A DNA stretch of 64,000 nt from Camelus ferus (Eukaryota). Numbering within the stretch: the stretch's first letter is position 1; every line of letters begins with the position of its first letter. Below the pieces are notes generated by a model, which was given only the letters and a program-made list of their open reading frames with translations, did no database searches and was not told the origin of the DNA. A program made the position numbers and the translations under genes. Positions 36,291-50,400 of the stretch are shown here, in pieces. Location of the stretch: positions 26,042,001 to 26,106,000 of the forward strand of contig NC_045697.1 in assembly GCF_009834535.1 (NCBI RefSeq), given 5' to 3'.

Positions 36291-37942
36291 CTGTGATACG
36301 TCCGAGAAGACTTTTAAAGTTTTGACCACAAGGAACTTTTTTTCTGATGCTTAATTTTGGGAGGAAAAGGATATACCTTATATTCAGGCATATACAATAC
36401 TCTCTCTTGGATTTTCCCATTGCCCCCCTTTTATTTTGTTTTCTCACTGCTATTGGAGTAAATCTGTCAGCGGGCTTTGAATTATGGATATTGAGAAATT
36501 TTTCTTATTTCTATTTGTATTCCTGAAGTACCCTTCCCTCTACTGGAGTTCTCTTGTCAGTCTGCTTTGCATAATGGATACTTGGAATCTTCCTATTTGA
36601 ATTCTCTGAACTACTTATCATAAAGCTTTAAATAAATGCTTGTTTTATTAAACTGAAATGCTTACATTCAGTAAGTCGACTCTTTTTGGTACAGTGTTAC
36701 AAGTTTTAAGAGTTGCTTTGAAAGTTTTTTAAAAAAATTCTCACCCCAAGGGAGTATCTTAGTGGCTATCTATTGTAAGGTGGACAAAAGAGCTGTGTAA
36801 ATACTTACTCAATTCAGTTACTGACCAAAAGTTGATGGTATTATGGAAATATTTTAAAATGTAAGTTTTTTTCAGAAACCATTAAATAATATCAAGGAAA
36901 AAGTGAAGATAAATTCTTCTATAGAACTAATATCTCAGAAACTCATTTAGGCTCTAGGGATTAGAGTGTTTCATTGATACTGATATACATATTTTAACAC
37001 TTTACTACTTCTTCAGTGGGGATTCATCCTAAAATGAACTGCTGTGGGCCAGGCAGCAATCGTAGCATAGTTGTCATTGCCTACATGGTCATGAACTTGA
37101 TATAACTGTTCATGCTGTCATCACTTCATTGAAGTAACTTGCATTGGCAGTGCTACACATATTGACTTTAATTGTCACTTGAAATGTCTGCAAAAAGAGT
37201 ATACTAGGTTTCTTTGCAGAAGGCAAAGCAAGAGAGCCATGTGATATTAGATAAAAATTTATGTGTAAATAATTCTCAAAGAGCATTTTCCTATATATAC
37301 ACAATAAAATTCTAAATGAATATGTTATGTCGTAGTTTAATAGTGATTTTTTTCTCATGGCATAGAAAATATTAACGTACCCCCAAATAGATTGTGTTTT
37401 AGAGTTGTGGACATCTAGTAGTTTCTACTACTGCTAACATAAAAATCCAATTTTATTTTTATATTGAAAAAAGTTCCTTAAGGAAGAATCAATGTTAAGA
37501 GAAATCCAGTGGATTAGCAGACAAAATACATCAACTGAGTGTAAAATCATTGCTTTCACCTTGTTGCATCAATTTTTCTCTTGTATTTCTGAAATTGATT
37601 TTACTACAAACATCACAAAATTCCATTTCTTTGTGCTGTAGCTTGAACATACTGTTTAGCTCCATTTTTTTCCTTTGTCCTAAAAATGCTGCCCATATAA
37701 TAGATAGTTAACCTTGAAATTTCTTCTGACATCAAGAAAAAAAAAAGTGGGGAGGGATTCAGAGAAGCAAAGTGGAGAGGTAGAAATACACAAGCAATAG
37801 CTTGAAGTAGATCCCTTATAAAACAATGAAATTAAACTTTACAAAACCAATTTAAAAAGCACAGACTAATATCCATGTAAGAAGGTAAAGGGAAAACAAC
37901 AACAAAAAAAGGATTAATAAAATCTCATAACTGCCACAAAAG

Positions 37943-38260
37943 CAGAGGTCACAAACTAGGTGGCTATGGGTAGCATGAAGTCCGAGAATCTTTCAGACCA
38001 CATAGAGTTTAGCAATTTTTAAATAGTTTCTCAAATTGAGAGGATTTTACATTAAAATATGGATTTTCAGCATCTCTTGAAAAATCAAAATGTCTAATAA
38101 CATTAAATTCACATTCCTACAAAGCAAATCTGAAAGGTTGGAAAACTGGCTACCCTTTTGGGACAGGACATACACCTTCTAGTTTGCCATAGTCTCTCCT
38201 CACTCTACTTCTCCTTGGGTATAGCTTAGGAATTGTGGAAGTTGCAACCATGAGATGTTG
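37943..38260. mobile_element. Probable hAT-Charlie DNA transposon relic
   Basis: Starts cagaggtcacaaact and contains attaaaatatggattttcagcatctcttgaaaaatc. Family recalled from memory only. Confidence 0.5.
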
Positions 38261-38614
38261 CCTGAAATCACGATCACTCAAAGACAAGCTATACGAGTGA
38301 CCCTTGTGGCAACCTTGTGGATTTCTGAAGTGAAGTCTTAGAAATATATAGCCCAGATCAAAAGTTAATACCCAGCACATTAAGAATGTTTCATCAGTAA
38401 AAGCATCAGCCAGTGTCATCATCTACTGAGTTCTTAAAATAAGTCAATAACATATTAAACACTTACAGCTATTATTCACTCAACTAATTTTTGTATTTAT
38501 TATAAGATGTGATGAGTCACAGACATGCAGAGGTAAACAAAGCAGACCTACGTCACTATCTTTTTGGAGGTTACAGTATGCTAACAGAGATGGCCATTAC
38601 CCAATGAATCACAC

Positions 38615-38800
38615 AGATGTATATGTGATATATGTATAGTATTACGAATACATACTCATCTATACATAAAACATACAGTACAGTATATCTATAGGTATAG
38701 TATACACATACTTAGGTACAGATAATATATACTACATAGTATATTTATGGATGTGTACACTGTATTTATATAGTACATGTGTATAGAATACATACAAGAA
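38615..38800. repeat. TA-rich low-complexity tract
   Basis: Degenerate (TA)/(TATG)/(TACA) runs. Confidence 0.7.
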
Positions 38801-41800
38801 TGACTTTATTTAAACTATGTGAATTTGCTGACATTTGTCTATATTTAACCTCAAAAATGGTCACTGAATATGGTTCAAACACATTTTAATTGAGGATGTA
38901 GGAAATGCTTTTCCCCTAGTCCCAATTTTTCCTTCTTGTGTAGTGAGTCTAACCCTCCTGGCCTCTCTTTGCCCCCTCCCCTCTCCCTCAGAGAGGGGGC
39001 ACTCTGCCCTGTGATTGGGTGGTAACTTACCTACTTGGTGTTTTTGTAAGGGGGAACTGGTCACAAGAGCCCTGCCCTTTCAATCCCTCTCTCTCAGGGA
39101 GTCAGAACTCCGTGTTGCTCTTCCGAGTTGTAAAACCTGTGGGAGGTATGAACGTATCCATAGCTTCCAGATCCTGGCCTGTTGTCAAAAGGTAATTAAT
39201 GTAAGTAATATTTGATTCCTGTCTGCCTGATTTCTGTCTTTTCATTCATTTCACACAAAGTACCCCAACATATGAGGTAGGATGAATGAACAAAATTCTA
39301 TGCAAGAGAATAATAAAAGGAAGGAATGGTTTTTGATGGGTAAATCTGAAGATTCCTCTTTACAAGGATGTATAAACTGAGAAGCAGGGGCTGAGTGGGA
39401 GTGAGCTCGTGTGTTGTGCGTGTGTGTGGGAGGACTGAGGTATGTTCCAGGCAAAGAAGAACATTTCTAAAACCTCAGAGGCAGCAAAAATCAGGAACTT
39501 TGGAGGAACTGAAAGAAGGTCTTTTGGCTAGACAGTGTGTAAAGCAGGACAAGACCAAGTTGGAGGGACCAGCAGGTACGTTACGTACCACTGTCCAGGC
39601 CATGGCTAGGTTTGGGGATTTTACTGGAAGGATGATAAGAAGATCAAAAAGGTTGACGCAGGGGAAACATAATTATTTCCTTATCTTACATAATTTTCAA
39701 AATAACCCTTCATGGGAGGTATTGGAAGGTATTATTATGCCCATATGTCAGCTGAATAAACTGAGATACAGAGAGGTTAAATTGCAAATGTATTATTTGA
39801 TGGCACATTTAGAGGCTCCCAAGACCAACTTTTTAATCACTTTTCTAGTCCATCTTCTATTCCCTTCCGAAAGAAGTACACAGTCTAATCTGTAGAGATT
39901 TCAGGGTATATGTCCATATGTAGGCTATAACTTACAAATAATAGATATGACTAATTCACAGCTTTTTGAGGGATTTATAAAAATTATTTGATACTTATAA
40001 TTTGGTATCTCTGCACTTAAGGAAATAAAATGGACAATCGGATCAATTCATCCTTCCAGTTTCTACTGGATTCTAATGTTAGGGAAAATTTAGTTTTTTA
40101 ACTACAAAGTGCCTCTTTTGTATTATATAAACAGATTTAATAACCCCCCCCCAAACCAGGTAATTAAAAACAGATCGGCAGAAGGGGAACAGAGGTTAAG
40201 AATGTCCCAGCACTTCATGAAAAAGTGTTGGTAGATCTGACAGTGAAGATGCTAACCAAGTTACTCTCTCTGTCTCTAAGGGTGGCCGACAAGGACACAT
40301 GGTTAAAAGCTCATTCACCACTGACCTCATGTGCAGTATGTACAGTGGCTACTGATGACTTTTGTGCCGTCAGTGTCTGTTGTTCTTACTTTAGGAAACA
40401 AACATCCATATATCCTGTTTGTCTGAAAAGGTAGTGTTCTCAGTTTCTTTAAAACACGTTTAAAGAATAGATATCTATCTGCCATTTGATCATTTTCTAT
40501 GTGTGAAAGATGACATACCCTCTCAGTTATGCTGAACAGCAGGTGCACAGACCTTCAAAGACCCAACTCTCAAGTTTGCATTTCCTTCACTCCACATGGC
40601 TTCTGTAGCATCCTGTGTAATGGTTTTGTATTTTTTCCTGTGGAAACACTCGTACCCACACTACTGCAACTCTGGTCTGGTTTAGCAGTCGGAATACATG
40701 ATGTCTGCCCAGTCCGTTTTGCAAGCATATTAAGGAGACCATGGCAGTCATGCTTGACTGAACTTTTCTTTCTTCCACTTGTAAAGGAACAACTGCTTAT
40801 GCATTCATTCAGCCATGAATGCTTGGCTTTTTCATTCCAGTTACCAGGACACTAAAAAAGGAAGGTTTTTTTTTTTTCCATTCATCTTCAGAAAAACAAG
40901 AAAATAAAATAGCACTGGAAGCAGTTACTTGCCTTTATGCCCTGGGTAGGAACAATTTTTACAAAAGTAAAATTAAAAAAAGACACCGATTTAATTCATT
41001 AGATTATCTTCATAAATGCAGAGTGTACTTTTAAATAAAAAGCAAAACAGTTATACAATCATCAGATAGTTAAATGTTTTGTTGAACAAGCTGAATTCAA
41101 TAGGGAACAATTAAATGTAAAGAACTTTAGTCTTTTTTCTATTGCCCCGTCCAAACTGTGCTTTTGGACTTACTCTAACTCCTGCCCTTGAATGAATGAA
41201 TTGTCCACGATGAGAACAGTTTAGTATATGTAATAAAAATTTCCAGGCTGATCTAGAGTAACAGACTAATGCCAGTGTTGTTTGTTCAGCATAAAACATA
41301 CTGTCCTTAGTCACCACTCCCTTTCCCACAAGCCTGCTTCAGGTCTGGAAGCTTTCCTTGGGGTGCTGGAGAGGAGTGAAGAGGTAGACTTTTCCCTCCT
41401 CATTTCACTAGCTGCTGCATCAGACCCCTCAAGGGTCACATCAATGGGAAGAGGAGATTGAGAGGAAGGGCAGTCTCTTGAATGGGAGGTGCAGCTGTAA
41501 TTTTCTAGCTCTTTCCCTGCTAGTTCTCCCCAAGGCCATCCCTCCTCCCCTCCTCACCGCCTAACCACTGCTGGAGTCTGGTCTCTACCTGCTGCTCCTG
41601 AGATGTTAGAAATTCTTCCTCTCAGCCAGCAGCTTTGGACAACCATCCTCAGCCCCTTTTGGGTACATTAAGTTTCTTTCTTTGAACAGACTGATCATCT
41701 ACTTCAGACTTCTCTCAGATGCTCCACAGCCTTCAGCTAGGTTCCAGATCCACCACCAGCATTTACTTCTCCAAAGCTGAAACTCAAACTAATTTACATC

Positions 41801-42024
41801 CTACAGCTAACGTAACTAAGAATAATAGACAAGAGCCTGTGGCCAAGTATACCATCTGATAGACACAAATGACCAAAAGCCCACGCCACTACATCAACAA
41901 GGCTGAGGGCTTTCATTTCTGCAGGAGTGCGTGCATGTGTGGTCATGTGAAATACTAAATCTATGTATTAACATTGGGGTCATATTTATTAATGACCCAC
42001 AGGTAAGCTCAGTATGTAAACTAT

Positions 42025-42210
42025 CCTTCTTAATCCTCATACCAACTCTATGAATTAAATTCCATTATTAGCCTCATTTTATAGATGAGGGTACTTAAAA
42101 GTTTAAGAGTTGAAGCAACTTTCTCAGGTTACACACCCTGTAAATGGTAGAGCTGGAAATCAAGCTTAGCACCACTGTCAGATACATGGGCCTCGCTCAC
42201 TAATTACTAC
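42025..42210 (-). mobile_element. MIR SINE
   Basis: ttaatcctcataccaactctatga...attattagcctcattttatagatgagg...gtaaatggtagagctgg. Confidence 0.8.
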
Positions 42211-43017
42211 ATCAGGCCACCTCCCCTTGGGTCCAGAGTGTTATTAGCTTAAGTAGTGACTGATGTGAAGCTATTAAAATGGATTCTTGCATCCTTAGCC
42301 AAAGGTTTGCCCAGATAACAGACTTCAATGGCAGCTTTCATCTCTGTGTTATTGATGGAAATCTTTCATTGAGCGAGGTGTGTCTTAGAGACAGGCCTAA
42401 ACATGACTGCAATCGTCTGATTAAACAATACAAAACAATAACAACCCAAGTCTTCAAAGGAGTCCACCCACTCCCTCACACAACTTCTTGCATACTGTGC
42501 CACTAATACAGTCAACAGTGTCCTGATTCAAATTTCCTCTGATGGTTAATGAAATTTATAGTCTATTTAGTTATGATTTCGGGATGTTATGAATTTTGAA
42601 TTCCAGTTTTGAGGTTCCCTGTGACATCTCTGAACATTGCAGATAGTCTTACTACTCATGATAACTTGTGAAAAAAAAATGGGTTCAGTCAATAAAAGTA
42701 CCAGGCAGGACATCCACAAGCCACTTCAGTAACATGATGAGTTCAGAGCAAGTGGATTTTCTTTATACGCAGACAGAATACTGAAGTCCTGAAAAAAAAA
42801 AAAAAAAGTCCTTGGCTATTAGGCCTACAGGGATCTCAGTGGCACGAATCAATGTTGAAAGAGAAAGTTGAAATCAGGCCTGAGGACAGGCCCTGGAAAT
42901 AGTCATCATTTTAATGCATAGAATCTAAAGGGGTTAAAGAAGCAAAGTATAGGTACAAGAAAACGTTTGAGCAACAGTTTAATCTGATGGGATGGTTATG
43001 CCAACAGACAACCCATT

Positions 43018-43320
43018 CAGTTTTCCCAAGGCCTGTATGAGCCAATGGTAGCATTAGCACTTCCAAACTAGGGCTTCATAAAAGGTCTGTATAATGCTTT
43101 GTGAAAACAAGAGCTACTTGATCAAGTAAGTCTGGGCTTCAGTCATACTCTCGCCTAGACACTGATGACATACATTATCATATTAAAGTCTTCATGGGAG
43201 TCCTGCAGGAAAGAAACCTTTTTAACCTTGCTTAATTTAGCATTTCCTAAATTAATTTGATCAGGAAACTCTTTTTGTGCAACACCTTAGTTGTTTATGG
43301 AACCACTTTCAGAACTAAGC
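43018..43320. mobile_element. Probable hAT-Charlie DNA transposon relic
   Basis: cagttttcccaa start and gagtcctgcaggaaagaaacctttttaaccttgcttaatttagcatttcctaaattaatttga. Family recalled from memory only. Confidence 0.5.
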
Positions 43321-44131
43321 TGATCCAGTGGAATTAGGGAACCCCATGTCCTATAGGTACTGCTCAAAGATTACTGATTATTACTTCTTGCAGTAGAGCT
43401 ATTGAGAGTTTTGATGGCTATGCTAGAAAGACAAAATCTTTAAAATTTTACCAGCATGCATTTATTCTAGACATCTGATCCAGGTCCATAGACTTCAAGC
43501 TGGAAAGAGGGTTGACAAACTTGAATGAAAATTACAGAGCCTCTAGGATATGGGCCTCAATAGGAGGTTTGTCTACTTTTTCATGGAAATGAAAGCTGTC
43601 CCTATGGATAAAGTTTAGGGTTTTTACTTAAAAATCAATTCTAGAATCCGATTCAACTAACAACCAAAAAGTAATAAAGATCACTAAGTTCTAGATGACA
43701 GAAAAAAATCTAACTGAAAATTTGTGAGTGGATGGTAACAAATGCTGATATAAACTCTGAAAGATCTCACTGAAGTGTACTTATGACATATCACTAATTT
43801 AATTAGTTTAACTTGTGACATATCTTCCAGAGAAACTCTTGAAATAGTCATATGCTAAAAATACATACATATAACAGAATGGATAGACATAGTGCTCTAA
43901 TAATAAGACTAGGTAACATTTTTGAAGGCTTACTTTGTGTCAAAGTACAGAACTGAGCACTTATGTGGATGTTAATCCTCATAGGGACCCACATTGTATA
44001 GAAGGGAAGGGAACCTGAGGATAAGAGACTTTAAGTAATTTGCTCAAATTTATATTGGTAATAAATAGTTGAGCCAGAATTATCCCCTATATTCAATAGC
44101 CCAGTACAGGATTTTTATGTAATTGGTGCTT

Positions 44132-44584
44132 TATTAGTTAGAATACTTGTTTGGATGTGGTAACAAAGACCAAAATAACAGTCGACTAAATAAGATAGAA
44201 GCTTATTCCTCTCAGTTCACATAAAAGTAGCTCAGAACTGGATAAAGCACTTTCCATCTTTATCAACATGTAGAATACATATATTGTGGCTGAAGATGGC
44301 TGCTATAGCACTCACCATCACATCCACATCCCAGCTGGTGGGCAGGGAAGAAGAAGAAAGTTCACAATGTACCCATTTATAGGCCAGACCTAGAAGTTGT
44401 CCATTACTTTACTCATATCCTATGGACTAGAAGTTAACTAAATGGCTATACTTAGCTCCAAGGGAGGCTGAGAAATGAAATCTTTATTCTGGGCATCCAT
44501 GTGATTACTTAAAATTCTAGTTACTACTATTAAAACAATAACGGGAGAATGCCTACTTGGGGAATACCAACAGTTTTTGTCACA
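44132..44584 (-). mobile_element. MaLR (MLT1-like) solo LTR
   Basis: aagatggctgctatagcactcaccatcacatccacatcccagc; cttagctccaagggaggctgagaaatg; terminal gtcaca. Confidence 0.75.
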
Positions 44585-46809
44585 GAGGCATTAGCTACAA
44601 GCCAGTTAATTACAGAGCCCTTCAAAAATTGTGTTTTAACCTTAGAATTATTTATATTAGGCAGTCGTTTCTGCTAGAAAATGAATTAGCAGGGCCAGTT
44701 GAAAGGAATGATATGAAGTCTGAGTCAAAAAAAATTCTTCACAAGGATGGGAAAGAGTTGATCTTTCTGTTATCATGACAGAAAATACATCCAACAACTC
44801 CAAAAATATTGTAAATTCATTGGAAATTATTGTCTTATTAATCTAGAGGTCAAAAATACTCACCATGTCTCTACAATGCTATTAAGATGTAGACTGTGTT
44901 AAAGCATAAAAGATCAACATTAAATTCATGCAGAAAAGTCCATGAATAATACATGTCTACAAGGGTCAAGGAGTAGTCACTAAAGCTATTCACAGTCTCA
45001 TTTATTCCTACTGGATTAAATGGATTATAAATAAGAAAACTAAATATGAGTAAAGTGTTATTCACCAATTAAAAATCACGTCATAAGCAATAAAGTATAT
45101 TTATTCTAAATAAACACATATGTGAAAGCCATCAAGCTACCTCTGAGATTAACTTGGACACCAAATGAGAGAAAAATCTACATTAGAGCAATCCATTCCA
45201 AAATACATGAGGGTAGGACACAACCAAAAATTCTATAGAAATGTCTGTTAAGAATCATTTTCCTTTGGAAAAAAATACATGAAAAATCGATGGAACCACA
45301 CTGAAATTATTGCAAATATGAATAGTTGGCTTAGCGTTTGAAGACTAATATTTTCCTGCATTTTGTTTGTTTTAACTAATAAACACTAACATTTAGTGAA
45401 TTTATCACTTTGACAGAAATACGCCAGTTTTTCAAAATCCAGTTTTCATATGACTTCCACCTACATAGAGTTCTGATTTCTTTTAAATTTTTGTATTTTC
45501 ATTTCCCTTTCTTTTCTTTTTTACCTTTTCAGATGTTTTCCCAAGAATTCACTTTTATTGAGAAGAGCATTGCAAATGTCTACACCTTACTTGTGTTAGT
45601 ACTTTACAGCTTTCAAATCCATTTTATATGCAATTTTCGTTTACTCCTTGGAACTAATGCATATGAATGTAAAGTACACTGTTTTCTTAGAGATTTCTGA
45701 AGCTCAACACCTTTCTTAATTTTCTTTTGTTTGACTAGTGAAATCCAGGGCTTCTGATTTATATGATCTTTTTAATCGATGGCAGTTCTCATACTCTGGA
45801 GCCTCTAAAGCACGAAGTGTAACTACATTTTTTCTAGTAAGTTCATGGGTCCCACAAACACAGTTTCAAGGAATGCAGGCCTTGAGTTTTCTTGCAGATC
45901 ATGTACATATAGCAGTATTTTTCAACAAATTTTCAACAAATAAGGGAGACATTTATGCTTTTTGAATGTTCTAAAACCTGGGAGAAAATTTTATATTGAA
46001 TCCTAAGAATCATAGGCCACGCATCTATTTTTTTCATTTATGGTAGTGGTCCTAGATGGAAACAGGCATTTTCATCACTGGATTTAGTTAAGTCTGGGTG
46101 CATCTGGAGGTTCTATGCTGGCAGTTTTGAAAATCTTTTGCAGCAGAAGTCTCCTCTGTTCAAATGAAATCTTCAGAGGAAATGAAAATAAAACAGATAA
46201 AACCGATGATACTCTGGTTGAAGTCAGGCGGGGGTGGGGGTGGGACCTCTTCCCCTCTGTGGGAACGTGGCTAATTCTAAGCAGTTCCTTCTATCAGTGA
46301 CACAGACTGCTCTGCAACTGAGCCTCGTGACTCGGGCCTCTGCTGTTGGGAAGGACTTGCAACAAAATAGTCTGTAAAAGTGAGAGCTGTTCCCTACATG
46401 ATAAAAGACACTGAGCCCAACACAGAAGTAACTTGTAATGTATGTTAAAGAAAGCAGTCCTGGAGAGTGGAGGCTATATTATGAGGGATAATTTTGGATC
46501 AAGAGGTGGGCACAGCTGATTGAGCAGCAGAATGAGTAGCTTCCCATATCTGGATCTTCAGGGAGGACCTCACCTTTGATGCCTATCAGCAGGACCTAAG
46601 TTTCACAGCTTTCAAGGCCTTAGCAGCAGACATCATTAGGAACCAGGAAGAAGAGAAAAACTGCAGATGCCCATGGTAGCTGATAGGACATTTCTTGAGG
46701 AAATTTACAACATACCTTAGAAACACTCATAAATAATTGAGGGGACGAAAAAGGCAAGGAAGAAAATCTAGTCCCCCTTTACTTGCTAGAAGCCATATAA
46801 CAGTGACTG

Positions 46810-47345
46810 TATCAGACAGAGTGCAATGAGAAAAAGAGAATTCACATCAAGAGTTTCAACAAGGAAGATTTAATATAAGGAATGGTGGTGTAAGCTTTGG
46901 AGACCTTGAGAGCTAAAACAGAACACTGGGCAAACCCAGAGCTAATAAGGACAAGCAACTCACGTGCCCCAAGGGCTCTGGGACCCAAAGGGAAAAGATG
47001 GAAGTTGCCAGAGTAGCAGCTTAGAGGTGGGGGCCTCATAGAGTGGAGGCTCAGACCTCTGACAGGGAGTCCCCCTTGGCTGGTGCTGGTTTCTCTAAGG
47101 CATGTGATGAGATATTCTGGAAGTACCAAAAGGAGTGGGAAGAAACAGTCACTTTGGCTCTGGATTACTGCTTCCAGGCAGTGCTAAGAAAAAAACAAGA
47201 AAGAGAGGGAGGTCCTCTATGCCCTTCCCACCCTATCCGCCATCCCCTCTAGTGACCCCTATTGGCAGAACCAAATAGGACAACAGCCGGTAAAGCTGTA
47301 CCATACAGAAGCATAAGGAAGAATACATTTGGGGCAAAACCACAA
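46810..47345. mobile_element. Probable old ERVL/MaLR-type LTR
   Basis: tgtatcagacagagtgcaat start and cccctattggcagaaccaaatagg. Boundaries uncertain. Confidence 0.45.
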
Positions 47346-48165
47346 TAGCTAAACAGAGAAGGACAGAAAAGAACTGTGTACGACTAATTATGGCCCTATA
47401 TTTTTTTTTCCCAGATTGATGTGACAGCACCATTTGGTGACACTTTTTCCTTATTTGATTCTCTATTGTTCAAAATTAAAGTGGAAAAGCATAAAAGATA
47501 GAAAATGTCTTGTAAAATTACTCTCAGAAAAAAAGTTTTATATAAATTATGGCAAAGCCATAATTTTTGAAAGATATTTTTGACATTCAATTTTATATAC
47601 TGAGGTAGTAATATTAAATTTGCACCATTCAGTGTCATGAAAATATATATTATAGGCAATTTTACACACATTAGAAATCATATAATATTAGGGGCTTGAC
47701 TGATAATGCCTGCTCTTAAAATTTTCTTGACTAAAGTGTTATCCTCTGCTTTTTAGAACTCAAAATTCTGGGGTCCCAACCAGATACATCTATAGGTGTT
47801 CATACTTATTTAATTTTTTGAATAAAATTTTTGCTCCATATATCACACATTGTATAACTGTAGGATGTTTATCTATTTAATATATAGTAATAATCACTTT
47901 TTGAATATTCACCATGTGGCAGAAACTGTTAAACCACTTGGAAAACTGCAAGTGAGGAACTTTAAACTACAAAGGAGTTACTTTAATCTCAATAACTTCT
48001 GGTCACACTTTCTTCTGTATATTTGGTACTTGAAACAAATGGATTATGCTTGCTCTAATCCAAACACAGGCTCAATATTGGACTCTGAAGCCTGGCTGTG
48101 TAGATCTCAATCCCTGTTCTAGGCTAACTTGCCCATTCATTCAACAGATGTTTATTGCACTTACT

Positions 48166-48755
48166 TTATCAGTCAGGGTTCAGGCAGGGGAGGAGAGTCA
48201 CTATGTGTTCTGAGAAAAGGAATTTATTATAAGAAACAGACTTTACAAATGTGGGAGGAGCTGAGGAAGTGAAAATCTGGAAGGCAGCATTTAGAACATC
48301 AGAGAAGTTAGCAAGCAGCCAATCTGAGAAGCCAAGTACATCCTGTTGCTAAATTAGAACCATAAAAGGGTATTCCATGGGGAGCTTTCTCTCCATGGAA
48401 AGTTGTTCTTTCTGTGGAGACCAACGAGCTCTGGGTCCACAGCCAAGTGTTTAGGAGTATACATGAGGCCACTGTTGATCTTCAGGGCCAGTAAGCTACA
48501 AGACCAACTGGCAGAGAAGGGGAGAACTAAGACACACTGGAACCCACTGATCACAGCTTCATCTGCCCATCATCTCATCTGGCTGCAAAACAACTTTCAA
48601 AGAGTAATGTCTGCTGCATCACTTCCAATTTTCAAACCTCTTGCAAGTGCTTCTTTTGGCTACCTCTATAGGTAGGGGGACCATCTAGGTGAGGGGATTC
48701 TGGGAAACATAGTTCTCAATTTAATGAGAATGATGTAATAGTACATCACAGCCTG
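48166..48755. mobile_element. Probable old ERVL/MaLR-type LTR
   Basis: tatcagtcagggttcaggcagg...ggaatttattataag...ggggattctgggaaacatagttc. Confidence 0.5.
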
Positions 48756-48882
48756 CCCATGCAAGAAACTCATTAAGTAATCCTCTGTAAAATGGGAATA
48801 ATAACAGGGAGTTTGTGACAATGAAATGACATAATGCACATAAAGATTTTAGCAGTGTCTGCCACATGGTGAATATTCAAAA

Positions 48883-48944
48883 TATTATTATTATTGTTGT
48901 TGTTGTTGTTGTTGTTGTTGTTATTATTATTATTATTATTATTA
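48883..48944. repeat. Compound (TAT)(TGT)(TAT) trinucleotide microsatellite at the tail of a MIR fragment (about 48770-48885)
   Basis: Seen directly. Confidence 0.9.
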
Positions 48945-49039
48945 TATATTAAAGAGATAAATAAAAATGGAAAGTAGTGTGATTAACTCTGCTCAAAGTA
49001 AATTAAGGACATTCTATGTACTCATTATATGCCCAGTAT

Positions 49040-49490
49040 ATTGTTTTGGTGGCCATGAGACGGTGTCTCTTGGATCTCTGACTGCTGAGTGTGTAACTAA
49101 TGGACCCAGCTTTTAAGCTTTGAAACCCATCACCTCAGTGCTGTTAGGGCCATGCCTTCCCGTTGGCCTCCAGCCAATGACTGGGTGTGGCAGCAATACT
49201 AAGGCAAGTATGCTCCTGGAGACCAGAAATTCCTCTGGCAGTAGAGATTTTGGCTCAAGACCTACTAGATGACCATGATGAACTTTCTTTAGAGCTGCAA
49301 GGTGCATCTAGAATCAATACTTTCTCTCCTTCCTTCCTTCCTTCCCTGTCTCTTTTCTTCACCCAAGGTCAGACCAAGCTTCTCCCAGCTCTCTCCCCTT
49401 TTCTCTCACTGGCAGTTCCCCTGAATAAGTTTCTAGCATGTTTAATCTGGTACTGGTGTTTGTTTTTTGGAGGACATGGACTAACTTCAG
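49040..49490 (+). mobile_element. Probable LTR16-like (ERVL) solo LTR
   Basis: ccagccaatgactgg CCAAT-like element; 3' end cctgaataagtttctagcatgtttaatctggtactggtgtttg...ggaggacatggactaac. Confidence 0.55.
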
Positions 49491-50067
49491 TGTAAAGGAA
49501 AAATGTCAGTACCCTAAAAAAATAAAGTCTAGCACCAAAAAGTGAAAAAAGGAAAAATTAAGAAACAGATGATTAATTCAGAAGAGTTGACCTTTATAAT
49601 TTTATTAGACCACCAAGAAAAGCTGCCTGGGTATTAATTCTCAACTTCTTTCTTTACAGAGAGTTTCAAGATAAAAGTTTTATTTGTTTATTTATTTATT
49701 TTTACATAGCATTTACATATTTTATACACCCTACCTTCTCTCTCAGAAGCCAGGCTGTGACTGGGGAGTCCCTCAGTTAGAAGGGGAAAATCCTATTCTC
49801 CTGAGACCACACTGGTGCAGACTCATGGAAGCCACTCCCATTTCCTACCTCCCTTCCTTCTTGTCCACAGCCACTGGGCTTTTTGGCTGGAATGAAGTTA
49901 TGGCTGGGAGAGTATCCTGGGAAGAGTATCAACCTTTCCAGGTCCCAGGAGTCCAAGTAGGTAGAGAGACACTTGATCCTGCTGTTTACAATGCAGTATT
50001 GAGTGGACACGCATCTATTCCAGCCTAAAGCGTAGTTAATGTAATAGTTAAATAAGACTGTTAGGGA

Positions 50068-50400
50068 TGTTAAAAGATAAACTGAGGCATATTAAGCATT
50101 TTAAGAGTTCACGTGGGCAAAAATCGACTCAACTCAGGCAGTGTCAAGTTAGAAGTGGTTAGGAGCACTCCACCAACAAGAGCCGGGGAAAGACTTATAT
50201 AAAGAAAGTGCAGAAGCAAAGAAAGGAAATGATCTGATTGGCTACAGTTTAAAACCTAGCTGGCTATTTGTGATTGGTTGTCCTTAGCACTTTAATTTCA
50301 TAATCTTGAGGCCTTTACAGACTTAAATTTGGATTGGCTTGTGTGGCTGCCATGGCAATGGAGCCTTCTCAGTCTGTTGGCCTCCTTGTTTAATTCAACA
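50068..50400 (-). mobile_element. Complete solo LTR (333 bp, ERV1-like)
   Basis: TGTTAAA...TTCAACA inverted termini; imperfect 4-bp TSD ggga/gaga; three minus-strand CCAAT boxes followed by TATATAA. Confidence 0.75.

Noticed and set aside
39395..39895. 166-aa ORF
   Set aside because: GTG start, spans L2- and MIR-like relics, and shows no protein-family features.
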